Shown piece after piece: positions 38,862 through 52,197 of a stretch of 64,000 bases of DNA; position 1 is the first letter of the stretch; the number at the start of each line of letters is the position of its first letter. Below the pieces are notes generated by a model that was not told the DNA's origin, made no database searches, and saw nothing but the letters and a program-made list of their open reading frames with translations. This DNA comes from Eledone cirrhosa (lineage: Eukaryota), in assembly GCA_964016885.1 (NCBI GenBank), contig OZ024744.1, positions 62,620,001 to 62,684,000 on the forward strand, in the 5' to 3' direction. Position numbers and translations under genes: made by a program.

Positions 38862-40056
38862 CTAGTATATAGTATATGGTATATCTAGTAAATGTAATGT
38901 GTGGTATATCTAGTATATGGTATATCTAGTATATGGTATATCTAGTATATGGTATATCTAGTATATAGTATATCTAATATATGGTATATCTAGTAAATAT
39001 AATATATGGTTTATCTAGTATATGGTATATCTAGTAAATGTAATATATGTATCTAGTATATGGTATATCTAGTAAATGTAATATATGGTATATCTAGTAT
39101 ATATAATATATGGTATATCTAGTATATATAATATATGGTGTATATATAGTATATGTAATGTATGGTATATCTAGTATATAGTATATCTAGTAAATGTAAT
39201 ATATGGTATATCTAGTAAATGTAATGTATGGTATATCTAGTATATGGTATATCTAGTAAATGTAATATATGGTATATCTAGTATATGATATATCTAGTAA
39301 ATGTAATATATGGTATATCTAGTATATAGTATATCTAATATATGGTATATCTAGTAAATGTAATATATGGTATATCTAGTATATGGTATATCTAATATAT
39401 GGTATATCTAGTAAATGTAATATATGGTGTATCTAGTATATGGTATATCTAGTAAATGTAATATATGGTATATCTAGTATATAGTATATCTAATATATGG
39501 TATATCTAGTAAATGTAATATATGGTATATCTAGTATATAGTATATCTAACATATGGTATATCTAGTAAATGTAATATATGGTATATCTAGTAAATGTGA
39601 TATATGGTATATCTAGTATATAGTATATCTAGTAAATGTAATATATGGTATATCTAGTATATAGTATATCTAATATATGGTATATCTAGTAAATGTAATA
39701 TATGGTATATCTAGTATATAGTATATCTAACATATGGTATATCTAGTAAATGTAATATATCGTATATCTAGTAAATGTAATATATGGTATATCTAGTATA
39801 TAGTATATCTAGTAAATGTAATATATGGTATATCTAGTATATAGTATATCTAACATATGGTATATCTAGTAAATGTAATATATGGTGTATCTAGTATATG
39901 GTATATTTAGTAAATGTAATATATGGTATATCCAGTATATGGTATATCTAGTAAATGTAATATATGGTATATCTAGTATATAGTATATCTAGTATATGGT
40001 ATATCTAGTAAATGTAATATATGGTATATCTAGTATATGGTATATAGTATATCTAA
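38862..40056. repeat. (TATATGG/TATATCTAG/TAAATGTAA) compound satellite
   Basis: Seen directly. Confidence 0.95.
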
Positions 40057-40330
40057 TCTATATTATAAATATATATCATAATAAGAGTGCTGTCTGTCTG
40101 ACTGTCTGTCTGTCCGATATGTACATAGATAGAGAAAAGGGAATGCTGTGTGTTTTCAAGTTGACATAAAGAGGTAGATAGAAAGTTATGTTGTCACCCT
40201 CATCTATATAGAGAGGGGGAGTGTCATGTGAAAGTGATGTACATAGAGAGAGAAAAGTAACATCATTTGTTTAGAGAGAGAGAGTGTGTGACAAAAGACA
40301 ATGTTGCTCTCATTTAATATATACTCTATA
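40057..40330 (+). mobile_element. Possible Helitron 5' end remnant
   Basis: A|TCTATATTATAAA followed by (GTCT)n; no 3' end found. Confidence 0.4.
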
Positions 40331-40789
40331 TTACATGACTTTTAAAGTTATATAATATATATATAACTTTTAAACTATATATACATTATAAGGATATTGT
40401 CCCAAGGAAAAGCAAAGGCCGATACAGTTTGGCATCAGTGTCGCAACAACTCACTTTCCTCAAACCAAATCTCTTGCTGAAGGACACAATGCACTGCCCA
40501 CTTTGACAATCAAACTCACAATCTCATCATTGTAAGTACAACACTCTAACCCCTATCTTTTACAAGATAAAAAAACAAAACAATAAACGAAATACAAACA
40601 AAGGAAATCAAGTCAACTTGAACAAGTTGTATGATGCCACCTTTTTTTTAATCCAGTGAAATGAAACATCAATTATTCAGTTCTATTTAATAATTCATCC
40701 CTTTTGGATTGCTGTTATGGCCTCCATGGTAAACACCTTCACTGTCCTCTTAGAGTGCTTCTTATGTGGACTTGTTTTGTCCTGTCTAT

Positions 40790-41180
40790 GGTCATAAATC
40801 TTGGGTTATGACCAAAAGAATAGCATCATGAATAGAAACAGCTGAAATGGAATTCCTCCTTATATAGCTCAGGGATGAGAGAGTCACTCCAGGTAGAGCC
40901 GCTACTTCTCAGAAGTGAGAGATCACAGCTCTGATACTATGGGCATGTGCTTAGAATGTCTCAGGAAAGAATCGCTGGACAGATTTTATAGACAAAGCCA
41001 ACAGGCAGGAGACCCAGGAGTAGACTCCGAGCAAGGTGGTTGGATAACATCCATGAGCTTGGCTGGTCATGCTTGGGTATCCAACCGAATCAGCTGGAGC
41101 AGGAGCTTCTGACAGGACCCACTGGAAGGAGTGTTACAGGACTCTGACCTCAATGACCCTCTCAGGAATGAGTGGGCAAA
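40790..41180 (+). mobile_element. Old RTE (Rex3/Expander-like) 3' fragment
   Basis: WLDNIHELGWSCLGIQPNQLEQ..SDRTHWKE; related to 25365-25520. Confidence 0.6.
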
Positions 41181-41285
41181 AAAGAAAAGAACATTTTGTC
41201 AACTAAATATCCAGATCAAGTGTTTTGTATTTTAGTTTGGTGGGTAAAAAGATCATGTATATGGAAGGTGAGAGTAGGAGATAAA

Positions 41286-41592
41286 TAATTGTTTCTACTT
41301 TTGGCACAAGGTCAGCAATACACCAGTGGATTACTGGTACTTTATTTTATCAACCCCGTAAGGATGAAAGGCAAAGTTAACCTCGGCGGGATTTGAACTC
41401 AGATCATAAAGGGGCGTAACTCTTTGCGTCAAAGCATGGCGTCTGACCCTCTACCGATACTGCCAGTCTTTATAAATAACTGTTTCTACTTTAGGCACAA
41501 GGCCAGCAATTACCCAGTGTATTACTGGTACTTTATTTTATCGACCCTGTAAGGATGAAAGGCAAAGTCAACCTCGGCGGGATTTGAACTCT
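41286..41592 (-). mobile_element. Two adjacent CORE-type SINEs
   Basis: Copies at about 41286-41468 (near full) and 41476-41592 (5'-truncated). Confidence 0.85.
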
Positions 41593-41684
41593 GTGATTTC
41601 AGTGCAGAAGTAAATGATAAAGTAGAAAATCAAACTTTCCAGTTGTTGTCTTCCTGATTTTTCTTTTTTTTCCATTTAAGCCTT

Positions 41685-41970
41685 CTTCTCCTCCCTACCT
41701 TTCCCCTTCCTCCTCCTCCTTATCGCCTTCCCACCTTTACATTGCCCTTCTTTTCCCCTTCTACTTCTTTCTTAATCCCCCTCATTTTCTCCTTTTCCAT
41801 CCCATTTCCTGCCATTTCCTTCTTTTCCCTCTTCCTCTCTATTTCCACCACCACCACCAGCCTGCTTCCCCTCCTTTTCTCCCTTCCCCTTTCCACCCCC
41901 ATTTCCACTTCTCTTTACTCCAACTCTTCCTTTCTCCCTTCCCTTCTTTCCTTTTACCCTTTTCACCTTC
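41685..41970. repeat. Polypyrimidine/polypurine low-complexity tract
   Basis: Seen directly. Confidence 0.85.
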
Positions 41971-42125
41971 TGTATATTCAGGATAGGCATAAGTAGACTA
42001 AAGACAAGATTTAACTCACCAAATGATAACCAATACTAGTTCAGTTCAATCAGATCAGTACATGTAGAGTTGACTACAAAAACACACATGGACTAGTGGA
42101 TAAGGTGTAGGGTTATTGCCTTTAA

Positions 42126-42345
42126 CCCTTTAGCATTTATTTTACTCTATATATACTATTGTATTTTCAGGGTAAATCCTTTATCTTACATGATTAACTC
42201 AAATATAATTGAAACTATGAGATTTTGATATTATTTATTTTGAGAACAATACCTTCACATAAGTATGAGTGGTCAGTTATGGCCAGTTTGAACAGAAAGA
42301 AGTGAGAGAATTCTGCCAGATATGGCTGGTTTAAATGCTAAAGGG
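42126..42345. mobile_element. piggyBac-type MITE
   Basis: TTAA TSD; TIRs CCCTTTAGCATTTA / TAAATGCTAAAGGG. Confidence 0.9.
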
Positions 42346-42556
42346 TTAAAGTGGGTGTGTATGTGGGTGGATGGGAGCGTTAGATAATGACTATTGTTGT
42401 TTTTGTAATATTTCAGCTGTTGATTTTTCTCTAGCCTTCTTCAGTAATGTTCTTAGAATTCAAAAATGAACACTTTATTTAAACCACATAGATTAGATTC
42501 TCCTCATTATATTGTCCCTTCCAGAAACATCCTTGTATTAGTCATTATATTATATT

Positions 42557-42745
42557 GAATTGGCAGTATCGGTAGAGGGTCGGGCGCCATGCTTTCCAGC
42601 ATAGAGTTACGCCCCTTTATGGTCTGAGTTCAAATCCCGCCGAGGTTAACTTTACCTTTCATCCTTACGGGGTTGATAAAATAAAGTACCGGTAATGCAC
42701 TGGGATAACTGCTGGCCTTGTGCCAATAGTAGAAACAATTATATT
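42557..42745 (+). mobile_element. tRNA-derived CORE-type SINE
   Basis: A box TGGCAGTATCGG, B box GAGTTCAAATCC, core CCTTTCATCC..GATAAAATAAAGTACC, tail GGCCTTGTGCC..TAGAAACAATT. Confidence 0.85.
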
Positions 42746-42939
42746 ATAATCAACAACATCATCATCATCATCATCAAACTGAACAATATTGTTAACTAGC
42801 TGAAACAAAAAGGACCCTCTGTTTGTATTATACCATATATTTATATCTACACAGCATCTAAACATGTATCGACTACTACCCAGTTCATAAACTGTAAACA
42901 CATCATCATCATCATTTAACGACTGCTTTCTGTATTACT

Positions 42940-43100
42940 GCATCATCATCACTTTACATCCGCTTTTCCCTGCTTGCAAGGGTGGGACGGGAACTGATTC
43001 TAGCTTGATTTCTACAGCTGGGTGCCCTTCCTAACACCAACCTCATTTACAGTGAGTGCTGGGTGCTTTTTTGCCGTGCCACCTCCACGACCACTTTGCA
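42940..43100 (-). mobile_element. RTE 3'UTR fragment
   Basis: (CAT)n, CCTGCTTGCAAGGGTGGGACGG and CTGGGTGCCCTTCCTAACACCAACC motifs. Confidence 0.7.
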
Positions 43101-43119
43101 GTGGAATGATAAAGACCCC

Positions 43120-43275
43120 AGTCCCTATCATCTCATTTCTACAGCTGAGTAAACTGGAGCAATGTGAAATAACGTGTCTTGCTCAAGGAAACAACACATC
43201 ACCCGGTCTGAGAATTGAACTCACAACCTTTCGATTGCAAGGCCAATACTCTAACCACTAAGCCATGTGCCTCCA
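43120..43275 (-). mobile_element. Second tRNA-derived SINE family
   Basis: Minus strand TGGCTTAGTGGTTAGA (A box), GAGTTCAATTC (B box), CCTTGAGCAAGACAC core; decayed relatives at about 25915-26020 and 40420-40550. Confidence 0.75.
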
Positions 43276-43555
43276 TATATGTATAGTGTTAATAATTGAT
43301 AATTAATTATTTCTGATTGTTTTCATATGCATGTACTATTGTAACCATATTGAAACAGACGTAGAAATTGAAGAATGAATTTAAGTTGTAAACCTTGATC
43401 TTTTGTCATATTGAATATTAATGCTCTGTTAACAGAACTGTAACTTTCGAAGACTTGTTTGTCTGTTTTAAACTCCCTGAGCTGAGTATTTTAGTGTGCA
43501 TAGAGCTTCTCTCACCTTACTAAAATTAATAGTGGAATACTCTACTATAATCACC

Positions 43556-43844
43556 TACTCTCAAGTCTTGAATAACCCCCCCCCCCCCCCCGACCCACTT
43601 ATTAATTTTTCAGACTTTTTCCACCAGCCTCTGTTTTTATCGCCCCACTTATCAAATGTTATTGTAAGTGATTTATATTGATACAAGCACATTACAAAAA
43701 TCCTATATTTACGAAAGTACCCTATACAACTACTGACTCCCCACCCCCGTTTATTCCAACGATACCCCCGCTTATAGAATTTAAGCAAAATGTCCAATTC
43801 TCCCACTTATTCCAACCCCTCCCTAATATTTGAGACCCAAGAGT
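43556..43844. mobile_element. Decayed non-autonomous DNA transposon
   Basis: Imperfect TIRs ACTCTCAAGTCTTGAATA / TATTTGAGACCCAAGAGT with C-rich subterminal repeats. Confidence 0.5.
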
Positions 43845-44160
43845 TTTTTTTTTTATTTGCATTCCAGCCAAGGGGCTGAGACCATGTTAGAGCACACATA
43901 TATTTACATATATATTTACATATATATATATATAGTTGACTTCTCTGAAACTGAAGGATCAGTTATGTGGTAGAGAATTGCAAATTCTACCAAAAATAAA
44001 CAAAACTACATAGCAATTAAAAAAAAGTCTCATTCAAATTCACCACCGGTTAAGAAATTGGTTTAGCTGTGACAAGCTGTCACTGTCCACAAACAAAATG
44101 TACATACGATATGAGGCTTCATTTTCCACACAGAAAATAATAATATACTGAAAAGATAAA

Positions 44161-44848
44161 TCTATATATAATATAAAAGAGAGATGTTTATTGGTTGGTT
44201 GAATCACACGAAAACTATACATACATACACACACACACGTATACATACACATAAATACACACACGTCTAAAGAGAGAGAGATAGGCCATTATACAGAGGG
44301 AGCTACAATTAAAGTGTTAGATATTCAGACAGAGAGAGAGAGAGAGTGATGTCCCACAAAAGTCTAGAATCGGCTTAAACGATAAATCAAAGTATATCAG
44401 TTGAAGTTTTAACAATATTGCGTTGGATTTATAAAGTAGTTTTACAGTCTTTGATTTTAAAGAAAAATTGATACTATTTGAAAATAATTTACCTTCCAGC
44501 TTTTATCCATATACTACTTACAGTCTGTACTAACAAAGCTAAACACTTCAGAAGCAATGTTATGTGGTATATTGCTGTGTTTCAGATGACGTCCTTTGGA
44601 GCTGAAAAAGATCATACTGACTATGGTTATTTCACATTTAAAATCCAAGGTCAATGCTACCATTTAATCGGCAGTTTACTCCCCCAGCCCAATAAGGAAG
44701 TTTTATTATTGTTTTGTTTATGTCTCTCTCTCACACACACACATTACTGTCTCACCTCATACCAGACAACACATCCAATACAGTTGTTTTCTCTTTTATC
44801 CGTCTTCTCTTAACTGTTCTCCCGGGTGAAGCCGGGTACCTCAGCTAG
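44161..44848 (+). mobile_element. Non-autonomous Helitron with a RepHel fragment
   Basis: A|TCTATATATAAT 5' end; CCCGGGTGAAGCCGGG hairpin + CTAG|T 3' end; internal HFRSN..FQMTSFGA..FKIQGQCYHLIGSLLP. Confidence 0.92.
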
Positions 44849-45409
44849 TGTTATAGATATAGAGATTAACACATTGCTCTATAAGTTTGTTGATGAGTTT
44901 TTAGATTCTATTTTTTAACCACTTAATCGGTGAGGAGCAGTACCCATGAATCCTTATATTTCAAGGCCTGCAAGACTGATGAAAGGAAGAGAGAGAAATT
45001 TATCCTCAAATGGGAAACTTGGCCCAAATATTTGCACTCTAGGGTTGTGTTAAACTGGCTGACAGATCAAGTTTACTACCTAAGAAGTCAAAAAATAAAG
45101 GATGCTCTTAAAATTATTCTGTGAATTCATTGTCCAGTACTGATACATTAGTGTGTGTGTGTTTGCATGCATGTGTGTGTGTGTGTTGCATAAAGTATAT
45201 TGGTACAGAAAAGAAAGTATACATATTTATAGAAAAGGTATATCTGAGCTGTTGATAAAAGGCAGTTTGGTGAGCTCATGATAGTTTTTGTATGAGCTAA
45301 GTCGCAGCTCTATTAGTTGGGGGCATCACTATTGAGCTGCTGTATAGTGTTAGTATCTGGATTGCTTGTAAAAGCCATACTATGGCTGTCCTCATTATCA
45401 TGTTATCAG

Positions 45410-45965
45410 TTCTGTTTTGTATAACAGTTGTGTGTGATATATCCTAACTGGTCTGTTGTCTATCACTGTTGTGTATATTACATCATAACTGATCTGTTGT
45501 CTATAGCTTTTGTGTATGATACATCATAGCTGGTCTGTTGTCAATCATTGTTGTGCATGATACATCATACTGGTCTATTGTCCATCACTGCTGTGTATAT
45601 TACATCTATTCTATGTATTATACATGCACCTTTGATAAGTTGTAGTGCACCTGAGCACTGTACACAATAATTGCATTATTATTTTATTATTATTATATTA
45701 TTATATAACTGATCTGTTGTCTATAGCTTTTGTGTATGATACATCATAGCTAGTCTGTTGTCTATCACTGCTGTGTATATTACATCATACTGGTCTGTTG
45801 TCCATAACTGTTATGTATCATACATCATAACTGGTCTATTGTCCACCACTGCAGTGTATAATACATCATAACTGGTCTGTTGTCTATAACTGTTTTGTAT
45901 GATACATCATAGCTGGTCTGTTGTCCTTCACTGCCTTATATGATACATCATAGCTGTTTTGTTGA
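45410..45965. repeat. About 41-bp minisatellite, interrupted by a short LINE-like 3' end (45607-45700)
   Basis: Unit about TGATACATCATAGCTGGTCTGTTGTCTATCACTGTTGTGTA; the insert matches 50385-50465 in reverse. Confidence 0.8.
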
Positions 45966-46084
45966 TCATAATTGCTGCCTGCTGTGGGACTACTAGTAAC
46001 ACTTTCATTCTGGGCTTTATTGACTGGCCATTACCCTCATGGTTAGGCCGCATGTTTAACAACTACCTATTTATTATAGCGACA

Positions 46085-46235
46085 AATTGGCAGAGTTGTT
46101 AGAACATTGGATAGAATGCTTTATGGTATTCATTCCGGTTCTCTGCTCTCTGAGTTCAAATCCCGCTAGGTCAACTTTGCTTTCATCCTTTCAAGGTCAA
46201 TAAAAAAAAGTACCAGTCTAGTACTGGAGGGTCAA
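46085..46235 (+). mobile_element. CORE-type SINE
   Basis: TGGCAGAGTTG A box, GAGTTCAAATCC B box, core. Confidence 0.75.
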
Positions 46236-46239
46236 TTCT

Positions 46240-49200
46240 TCCTCTCTCTGACAGAAACTTGTGGATGGTACCACATCTTTATCTACGCCTGCTCGTAGGT
46301 CTACTGCTACTGTCATAAGTCCCTCATTTTTTATAGCTGCCTCTGGAAACCACTTTCATTCACTTCTTGCCTCCTTTCCCGAGTTAACTCACATCTCATT
46401 TAAACCTAATCAGGTAGTCCACTCGACTTTACACTTTATTACAACAACTGCCCCGCCTGTTTTCTCTCATCCACGGAGGTTGGCTCCGGACAGGCTAAAG
46501 AAAGCCAGAGATGAGTTCAAACATATGCTTCAGCTCGGTCTTATTCGACCTTCCACCAGCCCATGGGCATCTCCGCTTTATTTGACTCGAAAGGGTGAAG
46601 CGGATTTCAGGCTGGTGGGAGATTATCGACGACTTAACGCCATCACTACACCTGATTGTTATCCTTTACCAAACTTACAGGATTTTTCATCCGTTCTGCA
46701 TGGATGCAAGATATTTTCTAAAATAGATCTGGTTTGAGCTTACCATCAAATACCCATGAATCCAAAGGACATACCAAAAACAGCTGTGACCACCCCCTTT
46801 GGTTCATTTGAATTTCTGTCCATGCCTTTTGGTTTGCGGAAAGCCTCTAGCACGTTCCAGCGTTTTATCAATGAAGTCACGCGTGGATTGGATTTCGTGT
46901 TTGCTTACGTAGATGACCTCCTGATAGCCAGTGACACAGCTGAAGATCATCATCAACATCTATCCCAGTTATTTCAATGTCTTCGATCCTACCAAGTTAG
47001 AATCAACCCAGCTAAATGTGTGTTTAGTACAGCTTCACTGGAATTCCTTGGACATCTTATAGATTCGGAGGGCATTCGACCACTGCCATCTAAGGTGGAA
47101 GCGATTCAGCGTATCACACCCTCCACCTCACTGAAACAATTACGTCATTTCTTGGGATTAATTAACTTTTATCGTCGCTTCATTCCTAACTGTGCGGACA
47201 AGTTGTTCCCCTTGACACAGTTTTTAAAGACTGCAAAAAAGAAACATGCTCCTATTTCACTTTCTGCTGATGCCTTGCAGTCTTTTGAAACCGTCAAGTC
47301 CGAGATAGGTGAAGTTTCTTTCCTCGCCCAGGCTTTCTTTAACTGTTGATGCATCCAATCATGCTGTTGGAGCAGTTTTGCAACATACGATCGACCACCA
47401 GGTTCAACCACTGGCATTTTTCTCACACCAAATTAAACCAACGGAACAGAAATACAGCACCTTTGACAGAGAACTTTTGGAAGTTTATCTTGCCGTGAAG
47501 CACTACCACCATTTTTTGGAAGCGGGGAAGTTCACGATATTCACGGACCATAAACCGCTAACATTCACTCTCCAATCCAAGTCCGACAAGTACCCTCTGA
47601 GAGCATATAGGAATTTGGATCTCATCTCCCAGTACACCAGTGACATTCGTCATATAGCCGGAGCTGCCAACATACTCGCGGACACACTATCTCGACTTTC
47701 TGTGTGTTCTCTTGCGTCTCCTGCACATATCGATTTGGTTGCCATGGCAACTGACCAACCTACTTTGGATTCGTTGGACATTTCTTCTGACCAGTTCTCC
47801 TGCTGAAAATTGGAATATTTACCTCTTCCATCTTCTGAAGGGAAAATTCTCTGCGATGTTTCTACTGGCTCACCCAGACCACTTGTTCCAGATTGTCATC
47901 AACGTACCGTTTTTTATGCACTTCATTCCTTGTCACATCCTAGCATAGCTGCCACGGTGAAGCTTATTACAGCTCGATTCTTCTGGTCTAATATGCGTCG
48001 TTTAATCACCGGGTGGGCACGTTCTTGTTTGAAGTGTCAGCGCTCTAAGATTTACCAGCATGTTCGCGCTCCTCTGGGTAAATTCAGCCCACCGGACGCC
48101 CGTTTCCGTCACATTCACATGGATATTGTTGGTCCGTGGCCCGTTACTCGTGGGTTCACATATATATTGACCTGTATCGATCGTTTCTCTCGGTGGCCTG
48201 AGGCCATACCCTTAGTGGACATAACAGCCGAGTCCGTTGCCCGAGCTTTCATTTCCAATTGGATTGCTCGCTTTGGTGTTCCTACTAAAATAACTACAGA
48301 TCGCGGACGACAGTTTGAGGCTTCCTTATTTTGTGAAATATCATGAATTTTGGGTGCTCATCACATTCATACGACCAGCTATCACCCAGCCTCCAATGGA
48401 ATGGTGGAGAGGTTTCCTAGACAGTTGAAAGCTGCACGTCGCGCTACTCCTGATCCACAACGTTGGATCGAATTTTTGCCAATTGTTCTTCTTGGTTGTC
48501 GTTCTGCCATTAAGACAGATTTAGGTTTTCTTCTGCTGAACTTCTTTATGGTACTACATTGTCTCTTCCTGGACAAATGTTAGCACCAGTGGATTCATCA
48601 CATCTTGACCCAGCATCATATGTCACTAGCATTCGTTCGTATTTCTCGGATCTTCCACCAATGAACCCTCATGACCAATCTATTTCTCCTGCTGTTCCAT
48701 CGGACATCTCTACGTGGACACATATTTTTATACGGAATGATTCCGTCAATGGACCTCTTACGTCACCCTACAATGGACTTTTTCGTGTGCTTTCGCACAC
48801 ACCAAAACATTTCACAGTGGCTGTCAATGGTCGAAAAGAGACAATATCCAATGACAGAGCAAAGAAGGCTTTCTCTGAAAGTCTCATTACAATGCCTGAC
48901 ATACCTCGTACATACACTCCCACACCAACACCTTCACCTCCACCGCAAACACCACATGCCACACAACCTTATGTCACACGAGGTGACAGAACAGTAAACT
49001 CTCAAAAACTATATACATTTAACCCCTAGTGGCATTAACAAACTTCTTTTTTCAGTTTCAGATAGAACTAGTGTCAGAAAAGTCTGTACACTGGTGATGT
49101 ATAAACTATTTGATTTTGAAGAAACTTTGAACTTATCATTGAGCATTAATTTTCTCTGCTCCTATATATTAACTTTGAATTATCAGTTTGTTACATTCAC

Positions 49201-49724
49201 ATTTTTTCTTTGTAAAATGCATTTACTTGTTTTGTGCTTCTTTGCTATTTGCTTCAGTTGCGAGCTCATGTTTTACTCATGCATTTTCTTGTACCTTTTG
49301 TTTTGCTCCTCATTTCTTACGGGTTCTCGCTACAATGACCTTCGGTTGGTTATTTGACTTCTCGTCTGAGAGGGGAGTCTTGTAGCGCTCTCTAGACAAG
49401 GGAAGTCGCTAGAGTTACTTCCCGTTGAATTTCTAGAATATTCCTTAAACTTCTGTTCCAGAGATTATAAAAGATAGAGCAAAAAGCGAACTTTCTCTCT
49501 TTTGGCGGCAAGCTCTCAAACTGACCACATCGAGCGCAAATATGTTAAGTTTTTTCAAACCATACCTTGTAATTCAGGATTAGCCCATATCATGCCACGA
49601 GGTATGTTTTGTTTCCAAATTATATTACATGAACTACGATAAATGCAGTTATTTTGATACTCGTTTAGAGAAACTCTTTGTGCCTCAGTTATTACTTCGA
49701 GTGTAGAGAGAGATAATTCTCACA
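46240..49724 (+). mobile_element. 5'-truncated Ty3/Gypsy retrotransposon (RT-RNase H-integrase + 3' LTR)
   Basis: SPWASP, DYRRLN, KTAVTTPFG, MPFGL, YVDD, TVDAS, FTDHKPL, integrase; PPT GAGAGGGGAG; LTR TG..CA 49381-49724; several stops and frameshifts. Confidence 0.95.
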
Positions 49725-50274
49725 AAAAAGAAATTGTATGAAAGTTCTTCTATATCTTCTTTCTATTAAAATTGGGATCCGGTGGTACTTACTGGAGTAA
49801 GTAACCCTGGGACCAACTCCCTAAAGAACCCTGGTCCCATGAGGGAAACAACCTTGCTCAATATGTAGAAAAGGAGTAAGTAGAAACCCCCTTTTCTTGA
49901 ACCCTTTTGATATCAAACCATATGAAATCTTCCTTGTTTTATGATACAAAACTGTTCGCTTAAAATGTTTTTCTTTATATTAAAACTTTTCATTATTGTT
50001 TTATTTTAGAAATTTTTGTTGTAAATATTAATTTACTAATTAAAAAAAAAACTGTTATTTAATTGAATTCCTCCCAAAATTAATTTTCCTACCCCCCCCC
50101 CCCCCCCCCTATCGACACACTCATACACACAAACACTACAATTACCCCCTCTCATATTTTGATACTCTCATAACAACAGTCAAAAAAGAGAAATGTTTAT
50201 ACTTAGAGAAGATGCAATACTCAATAGTGTATGTATATTACAAACAAAATGGTGTCAGTATGTAATAAACAATG

Positions 50275-50725
50275 GCTTCTGATTTAGGCACAAGGTCAAC
50301 AATTTTTGGGAAAGGGGAAGTCAATCAAATTGACCTGAGTGCACTACTGGTACTTTACTTTATCGATCCCATAATAGTGAAATGAAATAATAATGAAAAT
50401 TATTGTGTACAGTGCTCAGGTGCACTACAACTCATCAAAGGTGCATGTATAGTACATAGAATAATGCACAAATCATAGATTTCCCAGGATTTTTAATGAT
50501 AGGGGTTCCCCATTCTATCATGTTACAGCCCCAATCAATACAGGTTTAGCTGGCCTCCTACAAGGTTATCTCATAGGATATTTCGCATGTCTTGTAATGA
50601 TAGGTGTCCCTGTACTATTATGATAAAAGACAAAGCAAAATTTGAACTCAGAATGCAAAGGGACGTAACTCTATTCTGCAAAGAATGTTGTCCAATATTC
50701 TACCAATAGCACCAATCCACCGCTA
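50275..50725 (-). mobile_element. CORE-type SINE split by a LINE-like 3' fragment (about 50385-50625)
   Basis: SINE tail/core at 50275-50384 and head at 50626-50725; insert has an (ATT)n tail and a sibling at 45607-45700. Confidence 0.6.
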
Positions 50726-51033
50726 TGTAATAAATAATAAAGTGAGTGTTAGGAAAGCTGGTATAATGCGGATGGCAATATAGAGATGGAACTAGGGTAA
50801 AAAATGACAAAATAAAACAAAATAATATTTCTATCCTATACACTTCATGATATTTTAAAGTAAAAACCTTCTTTCCAAATGATCAATGCAGGAAAATGAA
50901 GGAAGCCTGATAAATAGCCTTCTCCCAGAGCCAATTCAAGAAGTCACAGAGGTCATACCAACCAGCTAAGATGTAGTGGTAAACTGTCTCACACACTAAC
51001 TCCTGTGGGTCTCTCACTCTCTTTCTCTTTCAG

Positions 51034-51070
51034 CCAGGCCAATGAAATTCATCCCATCAACAGAAGTTTG
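51034..51070 (+). other. Candidate small host-gene exon
   Basis: Branch point CACTAAC (50994-51000), polypyrimidine tract, TTTCAG acceptor, TTG|GTAAAT donor, in non-repetitive-looking DNA. Confidence 0.45.
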
Positions 51071-51536
51071 GTAAATACATTTTTAATAATACTTTTGCAA
51101 GCAAACATGCATATACATCATACCTGATACATAACATCACACAATTCAACTGTTCTTCATGTATTGTCATAACTTTGACGAAAGTTATTTAATAAGTTAG
51201 TAACATAGAGGCTTTGTGTTATTGTGGTTTATATATTTCATTACCTATGTGATTAAGATAAATCACTTACTCAAGGAACTATCACATCATCATCATCATA
51301 ATGAACACTTACTCACTTACTTTCACACCTGCAATCTCTGGTCACCCTGTATCAGGTACACCAACCTTTCTTTGCCTACATTCTACACCACAGTGACCAC
51401 GTAACTGAACAATCCACATAACTGAGTACACACAACAACCGAATCAACACCACAACACACCGACACCATCTCATCTTAGCCCCTGACTCACTATAATCGG
51501 TAACAAAACACAAACTAGAGCTGCTATAGATATAGG

Positions 51537-51679
51537 CAGTGCCAGATTTATGAGGCCCCTTACTTGGGCTCTGAAGGAGGTGGCTGGTAAAGAAAATATT
51601 TTTAGTAAGATGTCCCTCTTCCCTACCAATGAGGCCTTGTGCTTAAGCATACCTAAGCACAATGGTGAATCCAGCACTG
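51537..51679. mobile_element. Possible hAT-like MITE
   Basis: TIR-like CAGTGCCAGATT / AATCCAGCACTG; TSD not clearly preserved. Confidence 0.4.
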
Positions 51680-51859
51680 GACATGTGAATTGTTGGGCTC
51701 TGATTATATGTTTTATTTAGCTTGTAACTGCTTGTAATTATTTAACAGAAAATACATATAAATGACTTTGTTATTTCAAATATTTGTAGTAACTTTATTG
51801 GTAGACAATTCATTAAGAAAATATGCAACTTACTAAGGCTATATGTATGTGTAGATGTG

Positions 51860-52160
51860 TGTGTGTGTTTAATTCTCTGAGACCTAACATACATAACAAA
51901 CGCACAAACACACACATACTCACAGACACATACACACTCATATACAAAATGTGAGTCGTCATCGTTGTGGTGGTGGTGGTAGTGGTATAAAATGTCCTTT
52001 ACTATAGAATGATTATTTTAGATAAAATGTTATATTGTTTTAATCCAAATGATAAAATGTTATATTGTTTTAATCCAAATGAAAATAAAAATTACATTTT
52101 AACACTTCCGGGGTCTAAAATTTGATTTGATTTTGTCCAACCGTTAGAGAATACATAGGA

Positions 52161-52197
<37 letters not shown>

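Noticed and set aside
41720-41996. Lys/Glu/Gly-rich and Ser/Phe-rich ORFs
   Set aside because: Translations of a polypurine/polypyrimidine tract.
42557-42640. tRNA gene
   Set aside because: A and B boxes are present but there is no cloverleaf, and a SINE core and tail follow; many copies in the window.
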